64,000 nucleotides of DNA. Source: a virus. The notes under the pieces were generated by a model. The model was not told the DNA's origin and searched no databases. It was given only the letters and a program-made list of their open reading frames with translations. The position numbers and the translations under genes were made by a program. Of this stretch, positions 18,174-26,274 are shown piece by piece (position 1 is the stretch's first letter; every line of letters starts with the position of its first letter). Location of the stretch: positions 5,074-69,073 of the IMG/VR virus record IMGVR_UViG_3300034073_004742; one strand, 5' to 3'.

Positions 18174-21110
18174 CTATAATACATATTCTAGTTTAGTAAA
18201 ATTAATATTTGGATCAAAATCCCAAAAATAGTTTGGATTTTTATTGTGATTTAATTTGAGAAGTTTGTTTCCGGATAAGCAGCTATCTTTTAAGATAGTG
18301 TATAGTTGCTCATGTGTTAAGGGCTTATGAAATAGCGACTGTTGTCCTCTTTCATCTGCATGAATATCTGTTGCGCTCCATCCATAAATTCCTATGTGAG
18401 CGTGTCTATTCATTTCTGGCGCTATCGCTATAAGATTATGGGTATGTAGTATACGATTTATATCAAGATCTAATCCACATATTTCGTCTGATCTTATAGA
18501 ATCATAAAATGATTTAATATATTTATAAAACTTAAATCTGCTAATTACACAAGATCTTATAGATACATCGGATTTAACAATTTTATTTGGATTGCCTTTT
18601 GGTTTTTCCCAAGCGCCTATATGAAAATATAAGATATGGTCGTCTTTTCCAAGAGCTGCGTCGTGTAGTGCTAGTTCTTCGCACATTCTTAAATAATCTT
18701 TGCTAATTAATACATCATCTTCTCTAGTTATTACGTAATCATAATCGGTATTATCAAAAATATATTTAACACTATCATACCAACTATATTTACCACTATT
18801 TTTAGTCCAGTTTATTCTTTTATATTCGCTAGTAATTACCTTGTCGTAGTCTGATACTATACCATATTCTCTATGAGGATCAACAAAAATATACGTTTCA
18901 AAATTTTCAGAATTTTTAGCATTTTTTTGGTATTCTAAAGACAATTGTAACATAGCTGATCGGTCATAGTATGTGGGTATAACTATACATATTTTATCAT
19001 GGCAAGTATTGTTTTTTATATAGTTTTTTAATTGATTATTTTTTATAACATCTATAAATTTAAGTCTATTAATTTCTTGAAATCGCTTTGTTCCGTTCTC
19101 AATGTTCGTGCCAGCGCTAGATCCTTCGTTGTGAATAGCTATAGCTCTAGGTTCATATAAGGTATTTAAACCAAAGGAATGTCCTCTGTATTGTAATTCG
19201 CTATCCTCATAATACATAGGATAAAACGTAGTATTAAATACACCTATTTTATTTATGGTTTCTCTTTTGATTAATAAAAAACATCCGGAACAATATCCAA
19301 CATATTTAGGTATATTATATATGAGACTATTTGGATCATCATATCTTCCTATATTTCTACCAAATCCGTCTTCATACAATTCTGCCCCTGCTTCCGCTAA
19401 TCTTCCATCAGGAAAAATAGTTTTACCGCCAACAAAACCAATATCTCCGGAAGAATATGCGGATGATACCATATGCGATAGCCAATCTTCTGATACTATT
19501 TCAATATCATCGTTAATCAATACTACATCAGAATTTTTATATTTTATATCTAGCATTACTTTATTATTTGGAATAATAAAAAATTCATTACTTTTATTTT
19601 TAATATAAGTAACTTTATTTTCTATGTTATTTTCTTTTAAAAAATCTCCTATAGAATTTTCTATTTGCTGTGTTGTGCTATTATCTGTAACTACTATATG
19701 ATAATTTTTATAGCTTGTTTTTCTTATGATAGAAGATAGGCATTTGTATAGTCGTTCTTTGTTATTAAAAGCAACAATACTGATCACCATATGTTTATCT
19801 TCTAATGTATTTTTTAAAACATCAATACTTCTTTGTGTAGACACTATATTATGTATATGTTTTTGTCCTAAACTTGCTATTTTTTGTTGTTCATTGATGT
19901 TGTTTTTATAGAAAGCACATAAACTTTTAACAAAACTATCGTTACTAGTACAAATAAATCCATTTACAGAGTCAGTAAGATTTATGCCCTCATTACCTAT
20001 TGGCGACGTTATAATCGCTAGATTTGCCATAGCGGCATCGCATATTTTGCCTTTTATACCAGCACCCCAATTTAATGGGGCTAATAATACCGAACATTTT
20101 GAATATATACTGTCCAAATCAGGAACATGATCAGTAATAATTATCTGTTTATCATTATAAATATCAGAAGAAAAATTGATATTTTTACTATTAGGACCAA
20201 CAATAAATAATTTTGGTTTTTGGTAAATAATATTTTTGTATTCTTTAGTTTCTTGAAAATTTTTATATATTTGAACAGCTTGTTGTGCGGCATCTATATT
20301 TGGGCGATGATCATAACTACCAACAAATAAAATATTATATTCTATTTTTTTTATATTTTTAGGATCATGAATATTACTAAGAATTTTGATATTATTATTA
20401 TATCCTATTTCTTTTTGTAGAAATATTTTATCATCATTTGTAACAGTAAATATAACATTCGCTTTTTTATAAGTATTTATTTCTTTGTTTTTATTACTAT
20501 ATAATAGTTCGTCTGTGATATTTAATAATCCCGCATTTTTTCCTCTGTGTTCTCTAATCCAATGTATATCAACAGTATCAATAATAATTTTAATATTAGG
20601 ATAATAAGATTTTACAATATCAACATATTGATCTGCTATATCATACCAAGAAAATATTGCATTGTTATATATAACATTATTATCAACTGCTTTTTTTAGA
20701 TTTATATCAAAATATTTATCATTTTTTATATCTGGTAAATTAATTGTTATACCTAGTTGTTGTAATTTTTTAATATGATAATTTTTTTTATATCCATTAC
20801 AAAAAAAAGATACGTTATATTTCAAATATAATTTTAGAATTGTGAGTATTTGTAAAAGTCTATTACCTCCGCTGCTCATGTCGTAGTCTGGTGCGATTGG
20901 TGAAAAATAGAGCAGATTTTTTCCACTATTCCAAAATTCTGCATTATTTTTTGTTTTATAATCTATATAACGTCTATTTTGTTTGATTCCAAAATTTAGA
21001 TAGTGTTCTATACATGCTTTATCATTTGGTAATATTGATTGTATATCTTTGTTAATCTCAAAATATTTTTTAGGATTAAAGTTTATTGGTAACATGCTAT
21101 AGTTAGTCAT
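18174..21110 (-). CDS. Multidomain glycosyltransferase (GT-B/GT4-like + GT2 + GT-A)
   Basis: FVGSYDHRPNIDA, LAPLNWGAGIKGKI (GT-B); LINDDIE, GYCSGCF, YYEDSEL (GT2); ITREDDVL (third domain); N-terminal Y..N.DI...HY...G...R motif. Confidence 0.85.
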   Translation of the reverse strand: MTNYSMLPINFNPKKYFEINKDIQSILPNDKACIEHYLNFGIKQNRRYIDYKTKNNAEFWNSGKNLLYFSPIAPDYDMSSGGNRLLQILTILKLYLKYNVSFFCNGYKKNYHIKKLQQLGITINLPDIKNDKYFDINLKKAVDNNVIYNNAIFSWYDIADQYVDIVKSYYPNIKIIIDTVDIHWIREHRGKNAGLLNITDELLYSNKNKEINTYKKANVIFTVTNDDKIFLQKEIGYNNNIKILSNIHDPKNIKKIEYNILFVGSYDHRPNIDAAQQAVQIYKNFQETKEYKNIIYQKPKLFIVGPNSKNINFSSDIYNDKQIIITDHVPDLDSIYSKCSVLLAPLNWGAGIKGKICDAAMANLAIITSPIGNEGINLTDSVNGFICTSNDSFVKSLCAFYKNNINEQQKIASLGQKHIHNIVSTQRSIDVLKNTLEDKHMVISIVAFNNKERLYKCLSSIIRKTSYKNYHIVVTDNSTTQQIENSIGDFLKENNIENKVTYIKNKSNEFFIIPNNKVMLDIKYKNSDVVLINDDIEIVSEDWLSHMVSSAYSSGDIGFVGGKTIFPDGRLAEAGAELYEDGFGRNIGRYDDPNSLIYNIPKYVGYCSGCFLLIKRETINKIGVFNTTFYPMYYEDSELQYRGHSFGLNTLYEPRAIAIHNEGSSAGTNIENGTKRFQEINRLKFIDVIKNNQLKNYIKNNTCHDKICIVIPTYYDRSAMLQLSLEYQKNAKNSENFETYIFVDPHREYGIVSDYDKVITSEYKRINWTKNSGKYSWYDSVKYIFDNTDYDYVITREDDVLISKDYLRMCEELALHDAALGKDDHILYFHIGAWEKPKGNPNKIVKSDVSIRSCVISRFKFYKYIKSFYDSIRSDEICGLDLDINRILHTHNLIAIAPEMNRHAHIGIYGWSATDIHADERGQQSLFHKPLTHEQLYTILKDSCLSGNKLLKLNHNKNPNYFWDFDPNINFTKLEYVL

Positions 21111-21801
21111 TATAATATAAACCTATTTTAAGATTATGATGAGATACTATATATCCAAATATTCTTTCTAAAGAGTGAGTATACGTTCCGTGTTCTTCAT
21201 TAATTTTATTTTTTTCATTTTTCAGATAAGACTCAAGTATCGAATACTGCGGCAGTAATATTTGTTTAAACATATTAGTTTTACTAATAAAGGTTGATCC
21301 AGCAAAAAATGGACTATTTTTTAATTTAGTATAATTTAATTGTAGTAAATTACATAATGTTTTTATTTTATTTATATGTATAGATTTATCATTATTATGT
21401 AGTAAATATTTTTTATTTCCTATCATTCCTATTGTGGGCAATGATAATGTTTTAATAGCGCGATCTACAATAGATGGTTTAAGTAAATGATTTAAATCAT
21501 ATCTCCAATTGGTATTTCCGTATCCCCATAAACTTTTTTTACTGTGTGTTTTTATAAAGAATGGTTCGGAGATAGCTTTTAACTGATATAAAAATGGTGC
21601 TATATCAGCTCCATAATTTTCATGGAAACTTAGAGAATAGTTCCAAGACAAATTAGATAGGTCTTTTAGAATATGAGAAAAATTAGTATTAATACATAAT
21701 CCTAAATATAATTTTATCTTATATTTTATATTTTCAATTAGTTCTTTATACTCGTCCCATAAATCTGTATGATATAGATATAATGCTACAGCAATTTTCA
21801 T
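21103..21801 (-). CDS. RgpF-like glycosyltransferase, paralog 2
   Basis: NYGADIAPFL, FIKTHSKKS, FFAGSTF, THSLERIFG. Confidence 0.8.
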   Translation of the reverse strand: MKIAVALYLYHTDLWDEYKELIENIKYKIKLYLGLCINTNFSHILKDLSNLSWNYSLSFHENYGADIAPFLYQLKAISEPFFIKTHSKKSLWGYGNTNWRYDLNHLLKPSIVDRAIKTLSLPTIGMIGNKKYLLHNNDKSIHINKIKTLCNLLQLNYTKLKNSPFFAGSTFISKTNMFKQILLPQYSILESYLKNEKNKINEEHGTYTHSLERIFGYIVSHHNLKIGLYYND

Positions 21802-23378
21802 TACTGGTTAGTTGGTGTTTGGGTAATTGTTGGTGTTAATGTGGTGGTAGATGTTGGGGTTATTGTGGGTGTTAATGTGACGGTGGGTGTTGGGGTGGAA
21901 GTTTTTGTTACTGATGGAGTAGGAGTTTGTGATACATTCGGCATTTCTTTTACTAACATAATTTTATCATTGATACGTCCTTCTAAAATAAAACCCTTAT
22001 ATAATACTTTGATGTCATCATTACTATAAATATTAGGATTATATTGTAGTTGTCCAATTTTAAATGTATCACATAGAGCTTTAGTAGAAGTAGGAGTTGG
22101 AGTATATGTTGGTGTTGGTGTTGGCGTGTGAGAGGATGTAAAGCTTACTGTGGGTGTTGGTGTTTGAGTTCTAGTAACCGTTCTAGTGGGTGTTTTTGTA
22201 GGTGTACGAGTAGGAGTTGATGTTTTTGTTTGAGTCGGAGTTTGAGTATTTGTAACAGAAGGCGTGAGTGTGGGTGTTGGGGTAGCGCTTGCTGTAAGAG
22301 TTGTTGTTGTGGTTAATGTTGGTGTACAAGATGGAGTTAAGGATGGGGTTGTTGAAGGAGTGGGCGTTGGACTACTTGTTATACTTGGTGTGGGTGTTGG
22401 GCTAAGACATGCTCCAGGACTACCAAAAGTATTGTTTGCTATTCCATTATTAACATTAACTGTTATAGAGTATGGTTCTGTGTCGCTTTGTGTAGCATAT
22501 AGCCAATATCCACCTGTTCCATTTTTTGTTGGATCATAATAGGCTGCTTTTACCCACTCATCACGATCAGGAATCCAATAATATGTTTTATTTGAGGCTG
22601 TTGGTTTAACAAGAGGATTAGTGAAATTAAGAGAATATACCCCTGTTTCTGTCGAATTTACTGCTAGGCCACCGCTGTTAGGCTTGCTATTACTTAACCA
22701 ATTAATATATCTAGCCGCGCTATACCAGTTAACAAAATTAACTGGTTTTTTAGCCATATTATCTTTAACAGTATATACTATAGGATTAGTACCTGTTACT
22801 ACTATACCACCTCGAATATTTGTGGTCATAGAACCTATATATGGCCATATACTATTAGCTGGTACCGCCAAAGCATTATTTAAAGCAGGAACTCTTGCCA
22901 CATTATTTAAAAATAAGACATATTCTTCATTTGTTATAGTAAATTTAGATATTTTATATTCATAATTAACTTGTCCAAGATCATCTCCATAATGATTTCT
23001 ATTTGTGTCTCCAATATTAGAACCAGATACTGTTACAAAGTTACTATCTGAGATACCAGAATTTGCACAAACTCTAAATCCGAATCCTGGTCCTGTGTTT
23101 CTTATATCTATAGTGAAACCATCGATACTTATTAGGTCTACTAATCTTGAATTATAAGAACCGCCGTAATATAATATGCTTTGCGATGATGGTATTTGAT
23201 AATCTATAATTTCCCATACATTGCCATTTTGATCGAATGTGCCATAAAAACTAGATTTGCCGTTTCCGCCAACACTTGTAATATTACCATTATTATCTAT
23301 GGTTGATGGCCATAAAGCCGTACTATCATAGTTTGCACTATTACAATTTCCTAATACAGAATATTCTGGAACACTCAT
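21801..23378 (-). CDS. Circularly permuted FGE-sulfatase (C-type-lectin fold) domain plus Pro/Thr stalk
   Basis: GTFDQNGNVWE...GGSY...GFRV precedes TITNEEY, PVNFVNWYSA and PDRDEWVKAAYY; PT repeats at C-terminus. Confidence 0.8.
   Translation of the reverse strand: MSVPEYSVLGNCNSANYDSTALWPSTIDNNGNITSVGGNGKSSFYGTFDQNGNVWEIIDYQIPSSQSILYYGGSYNSRLVDLISIDGFTIDIRNTGPGFGFRVCANSGISDSNFVTVSGSNIGDTNRNHYGDDLGQVNYEYKISKFTITNEEYVLFLNNVARVPALNNALAVPANSIWPYIGSMTTNIRGGIVVTGTNPIVYTVKDNMAKKPVNFVNWYSAARYINWLSNSKPNSGGLAVNSTETGVYSLNFTNPLVKPTASNKTYYWIPDRDEWVKAAYYDPTKNGTGGYWLYATQSDTEPYSITVNVNNGIANNTFGSPGACLSPTPTPSITSSPTPTPSTTPSLTPSCTPTLTTTTTLTASATPTPTLTPSVTNTQTPTQTKTSTPTRTPTKTPTRTVTRTQTPTPTVSFTSSHTPTPTPTYTPTPTSTKALCDTFKIGQLQYNPNIYSNDDIKVLYKGFILEGRINDKIMLVKEMPNVSQTPTPSVTKTSTPTPTVTLTPTITPTSTTTLTPTITQTPTNQ
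21810..22405 (-). repeat. Pro/Thr (mucin-like) repeats
   Basis: TPTPSITSSPTPTPS..., interrupted by a short LCDTFKIG-containing segment. Confidence 0.9.
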
Positions 23379-23393
23379 TGATTATCCCGATTT

Positions 23394-23642
23394 TTATTTA
23401 TTAACAAATTTATTATATAATATAAGGCTTAATATGCCACCAGCCACGCCCATAAATATTCCTGATGGACTCAAACTATCATATGTTCCTAAAATATAAA
23501 GTATTGCGCCTCCCATATACGAGCCAGCAACACCAAGAGCAACAGTTTGAAAAAAACCTAATCGTAAATTAATAGGAACTATAGCTTTTGCTAAAGAACC
23601 AACAAATAAACCATAAACTATCCATATAAGCAGATTAAACAT
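23394..23642 (-). CDS. GlsB/YeaQ/YmgE-family (transglycosylase-associated) membrane protein
   Basis: WIVYGLFVGSLAKAIVP...TVALGVAGSYMGG...GIFMGVAGG. Confidence 0.8.
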   Translation of the reverse strand: MFNLLIWIVYGLFVGSLAKAIVPINLRLGFFQTVALGVAGSYMGGAILYILGTYDSLSPSGIFMGVAGGILSLILYNKFVNK

Positions 23643-24024
23643 TGGTAGCCTCCAGAAGTGTTAAGGATTCGTTATCATCGAGATTCTTACCAACTTCCAT
23701 GATGGCATTTTTTAAACTAACTCCGTATTGTTGATATTGTTTTTTGCTCAAGTGTTGTTTTAATATTTTATTTAGTCTATAATTATTTAACCAGCTATCT
23801 TTAATAGTTAAATTAACTATAGTATGTCTTAAGTCTAAAGCTTCACTCATTTTATCGTTCTTGCGTCTTTTGCTTCTACATTCCTGAATTACTCTTATAA
23901 GACTTAGTATAACACCGATTACTATAATTATTGTTATAGGATCAAAACCATAGTTATTATTTTTAATGTTTGCTTTGTCTATAACCTTTTGAGCAATACG
24001 TTCCAGATTAGGATCTACTTGCAT
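23635..24024 (-). CDS. Hypothetical single-pass membrane protein
   Basis: FDPITIIIVIGVILSLIRVIQEC hydrophobic segment. Confidence 0.7.
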   Translation of the reverse strand: MQVDPNLERIAQKVIDKANIKNNNYGFDPITIIIVIGVILSLIRVIQECRSKRRKNDKMSEALDLRHTIVNLTIKDSWLNNYRLNKILKQHLSKKQYQQYGVSLKNAIMEVGKNLDDNESLTLLEATNV

Positions 24025-24039
24025 ATTTTTGTCTTTCTA

Positions 24040-24270
24040 TTAAGGTAAACAATATCCACAATCAACCATTTTGATTCCGTCTCCACTCAAATATTTTCCA
24101 CTTCCTTTACAAACTGGACACTCTTTTCTTTTGTATTTTTTAATTGGTTCATTACCTATATGTTTAACTATAGATCCGGATAAAATAACAGGAGCTGTTG
24201 ATGATCCGTTATATTTTATCGAAGTAAAAAATAATGATACGAATAAAATTGGTAATATTAATTTATTCAT
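24040..24270 (-). CDS. Small exported/membrane protein with CxxC..CxxC
   Basis: Hydrophobic N-terminus; CPVCKGSG...CGYC. Confidence 0.7.
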   Translation of the reverse strand: MNKLILPILFVSLFFTSIKYNGSSTAPVILSGSIVKHIGNEPIKKYKRKECPVCKGSGKYLSGDGIKMVDCGYCLP

Positions 24271-24448
24271 TTTTATCTCTTGGAAATAATCTTTTACGTT
24301 TTAATAGTGGTTTTGGAATAGGAGGAAAAGGATTTATATCATCCAATTTATCTTTTTGTTTAGGTATTATTAGTTTTACTATATTTAGTATAAAATTAAG
24401 TATTATACTAATTAGTCTATTTAATGCTAACTTATCAAAAAAATTCAT
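24263..24448 (-). CDS. Small hypothetical membrane-associated protein
   Basis: AAGGA RBS, hydrophobic helix, overlap with the next gene. Confidence 0.6.
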   Translation of the reverse strand: MNFFDKLALNRLISIILNFILNIVKLIIPKQKDKLDDINPFPPIPKPLLKRKRLFPRDKNE

Positions 24449-24471
24449 AAAATAATTCCTTATTATGTAGT

Positions 24472-24482
24472 AATATACACCA
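24472..24482 (-). promoter_or_regulatory. Recurrent promoter-like motif TGGTGTATATT
   Basis: 24 nt upstream of the 24448 start. Confidence 0.6.
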
Positions 24483-24503
24483 AAGGTTAGGTTACTAAAA
24501 TAT

Positions 24504-25967
24504 TTAAGAACAACTATAGTTACTATTTATTGGTCCATTACCATTAACATCGGCAGTAACACATGTTGGATCGGTGTCACTTTGAGTGGCATAATTCCAG
24601 TATCCTGCGTTAGTACCGCGGCCTTTGTAATAAGCCGCTTTGTACCATTCATTTTCACTAGGAATAAAATAGTTAGCATTAACATTACGAGTAATACTCA
24701 CTCCAGAAGTTGCTCCATTTAGAGTATAAGCTCCGTCTTCGGTAGTAGTATTATCTTGGTTTCCAGAGGACTTACCATTATGTAACCAGTTGCAATATCT
24801 TGCACAATCAAACCAGCTAACATAAACTACGGGTTTGTTCCCCATATTGGTCTTAACGGTGTAGGTATAGCTTCCGCTAGAACCAGATCGAGTTATGCCG
24901 CCTCTAGCACCGCTATCCATATTTGTATTGTATAAATTGTAAGTATCAGTACTCGCTACTGCGTTAAGAAATTCCGCATACTCACAATTGGTAACATGAT
25001 ATTGAGCAATACTATACACATAGTTTACGATTCCATAACCAGTACTATCAGCACTATTATAAACATCACCAACACTAACAAAATATGAAAGAGATAAAGG
25101 GTTAAGGGAACTTGCAAGACGAAAACCGAGGTAGATGTTTTCAACCAACGGGAGGTCTGCGGCACTACTGGAGGACGACACGCTGGACGCGCTGGCGACC
25201 CCCCAGTTGCCGCCCCGAGCAACACGAGACGAGCCTGTAATAGCTTCGGTCCAATTCCACACATTTCCGCTCTGGTCATATGTTCCATAAGCACTTGGCC
25301 CGCCATTACTTCCAACGGTTGTAACATTACCATCTTGACCATTCCAATCAGCGCAAATGTTAAAATTAGCACTATTGGCCCCTATTGGAAAAGGCGGAAG
25401 TGTTGGCGTAGGGGTTATCGTTGTAGTAGGAGTTGGCGTAATGGTGTTGGTTGGCGTGTTAGTAGGCGTAATGGTGTTGGTTGGCGTGTTAGTAGGCGTA
25501 ATGGTGTTGGTTGGCGTAATGGTGTTGGTTGGCGTAATAGTATTGGTTGGCGTAATAGTGTTGGTAGGTGTAATAGTTGAGGTCACTGTATTTGTTGGAG
25601 TAACGCTATTTGTTGGAGTAGGAGTATTCGTCTCGGTAGTAGTTGGTGTTGCTGTAGGTGTTGATGTAGCCGTATTAGTCGGAGTAACTGTTGGTGTAGC
25701 CGTATTAGTCGGAGTAACTGTTGGTGTAGCCGTATTAGTCGGAGTAACTGTTGGTGTAGCCGTATTAGTCGGAGTAACTGTTGGTGTTGTTGTTGGAGTA
25801 ATACTACTGGTAGGAGTAACGGTGTTTGTTGGAGATACCGATGGCGTAACCGACGTTGTCGGGGTAATAGTTGGAGTTGTGCTATTTGTCGGAGTTATAC
25901 TCGGCGTGATCGTCGGCGTGGGGGAAGGTATGATAGGACAACATTTAATATTAACAATATTTTTCAT
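24504..25967 (-). CDS. Pro/Thr stalk plus circularly permuted FGE/C-lectin domain; candidate DGR target
   Basis: [10 protein letters not shown]...RGGNW...GFRLAS precedes [16 protein letters not shown] and [12 protein letters not shown]. Confidence 0.85.
   Translation of the reverse strand: MKNIVNIKCCPIIPSPTPTITPSITPTNSTTPTITPTTSVTPSVSPTNTVTPTSSITPTTTPTVTPTNTATPTVTPTNTATPTVTPTNTATPTVTPTNTATSTPTATPTTTETNTPTPTNSVTPTNTVTSTITPTNTITPTNTITPTNTITPTNTITPTNTPTNTITPTNTPTNTITPTPTTTITPTPTLPPFPIGANSANFNICADWNGQDGNVTTVGSNGGPSAYGTYDQSGNVWNWTEAITGSSRVARGGNWGVASASSVSSSSSAADLPLVENIYLGFRLASSLNPLSLSYFVSVGDVYNSADSTGYGIVNYVYSIAQYHVTNCEYAEFLNAVASTDTYNLYNTNMDSGARGGITRSGSSGSYTYTVKTNMGNKPVVYVSWFDCARYCNWLHNGKSSGNQDNTTTEDGAYTLNGATSGVSITRNVNANYFIPSENEWYKAAYYKGRGTNAGYWNYATQSDTDPTCVTADVNGNGPINSNYSCS
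25119..25226 (-). other. Putative DGR variable repeat (GC-rich, NNC-rich patch)
   Basis: 68/108 G+C; 17 of the 29 codons from GGC GGC to CTC end in C; spans RGGNW to GFR. Confidence 0.55.
25665..25784. repeat. Four exact 30-bp tandem repeats encoding ([10 protein letters not shown])4 within a larger PT tract (about 25380-25930)
   Basis: tgtagccgtattagtcggagtaactgttgg x4. Confidence 0.95.
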
Positions 25968-26254
25968 GATGATGCTAAAGGAATATTGCTTAATTGTCCT
26001 TCTATAGTAGTTAGTCTACTATCCAATGTTTGTAATTGAATATTGAGTAATGTAGAAGTTTGTTCTAGTGTGGTATTTAACAGATTGAAAGTATTGATGG
26101 AGGGCACGGTGTCAACGGGTTTTGAATACGGAAATTCTACTATAACTAAAGATGGAGGACTAGTGTCTTGATTAATAGCCCATACTTGGTACTCTGGTAA
26201 TGGAGGTAAACTAAATGGTAGTCCACTTATACTTATTAGTCTTGGTAAATTCAT
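25964..26254 (-). CDS. Hypothetical protein
   Basis: 96 aa, C-terminal coiled-coil-like segment, ATGA overlap with the next gene. Confidence 0.65.
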   Translation of the reverse strand: MNLPRLISISGLPFSLPPLPEYQVWAINQDTSPPSLVIVEFPYSKPVDTVPSINTFNLLNTTLEQTSTLLNIQLQTLDSRLTTIEGQLSNIPLASS

Positions 26255-26274
26255 AATAAACTCATATTATATAT

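Noticed and set aside
25025-25372. Overlapping 115-aa minus-strand ORF across the GC-rich patch
   Set aside because: Stop-codon depletion from local high GC explains it; no RBS or recognisable motif.
25665-25784. CRISPR array
   Set aside because: Repeats are head-to-tail with no spacers and lie in frame within a gene; the Cas4-like nuclease has no cas1/cas2 or array nearby.
21801-25967. Active formylglycine-generating enzymes serving sulfatases
   Set aside because: The catalytic Cys pair is absent from the segment after the GGxW/Y motif, the domains are fused to stalks, and no sulfatase is present.
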